A DNA stretch of 63,530 bases, filler included, from Rhabdomonas costata (taxonomy: Eukaryota): the NCBI GenBank assembly GCA_019059605.1. It is 45 parts of 45 records of this genome, joined end to end, with 100 filler letters (N's around TTAATTAATTAA, not from the genome) between each part and the next. Parts side by side here need not be neighbours in the genome. Positions count along the whole stretch, not along the records: positions 62,218 to 63,530 come from JAHMHO010019731.1; 44 more parts are not named here. One strand, written 5' to 3'. A model generated the notes under the pieces. That model was given only the letters and a program-made list of their open reading frames with translations, made no database searches and was not told where the DNA came from. Below, one piece after another: positions 63,110-63,530 of this stretch (position 1 is the stretch's first letter; the number at the start of each line of letters is the position of its first letter). The position numbers and the translations under genes were made by a program.

Positions 63110-63530
63110 GCATGCCTCTCTCACTCCCTCCCTTTCACATCCTTCTCCGTCATCTCTGTCTCCCTAGTTTCCTGGCTTCGAATACATGCACTTAGCAGGA
63201 GCGTGTGCTTGTGGTTTTGACGTGCAGCTGGATATATTTCTGCAGGTTCTGCGACCCCTGAGCCATGCTTGTCGGGTGGCAGACCTTTTTGGGGGTTTGG
63301 CACAGTATGGTCGATTGATGTTCGCCCCGTCCCTCAGTATCGTGTCGTCTATGATGTATGAAGATTGTGGGGCCATCGCTCTCGTACCTCGGCGAATCAC
63401 AAACTACTGGGTACTTCGGAATTCGCGTTGTGTCCTGCATCTGGAGAAAACATAGCACTGAGAGTCTGCCCGTGAGTGCCTTTGCCCTGAAGTCATCCAC
63501 CATGATATTTAGAAAAGTTGAAAAAAACAC

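Noticed and set aside
1..63530. Gene-sized nanochromosomes with telomeric ends
   Set aside because: Genes are truncated at contig ends, the uniform size reflects length sorting, and the end polarity is opposite to telomeres and fits primers.
1..63530. Euglenid non-conventional (non-GT/GC-AG) introns and spliced-leader RNA genes
   Set aside because: Every homology-anchored junction I could resolve fits GT-AG or GC-AG and no SL sequence was recognised. Their presence cannot be excluded without transcripts.

Overview
This is not a continuous locus. It is 45 unrelated contigs of about 1.31 kb each, joined by 44 artificial 100-nt spacers (44 N + TTAATTAATTAA + 44 N), so neighbouring contigs have no biological linkage. 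The DNA is from an intron-rich eukaryote, most plausibly a free-living euglenozoan (euglenid-like). That is an inference from kinetoplastid-type CCCH proteins, CRE/SLACS-type retroposons, Cache-HAMP receptor genes and relaxed or GC splice donors. Most contigs start with G/T-only and end with C/A-only bases, and three end in the same 16-mer, which points to whole-genome amplification with G/T primers. Recognisable spliced gene fragments: CFAP100-like, subtilisin, CLASP, CCCH zinc finger, CLC channel, FUT8-like glycosyltransferase, 6PGD, MFS transporter, two Cache-domain receptors, F-box/LRR, CBS protein, TYW1, Four-jointed/FAM20-type kinase, two-component receiver domain, VWA, pelota, Sel1-repeat protein and mitochondrial NNT. 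Decayed non-LTR and Ty3/Gypsy retroelements are also present. I found no complete novel system. The best leads are GC-donor introns with a relaxed donor consensus, a FAM20/Four-jointed-type secretory kinase, Cache and two-component signalling genes, an inverted telomere-like contig and an intronless orphan ORF. All family assignments come from motif recognition by eye, not database searches.
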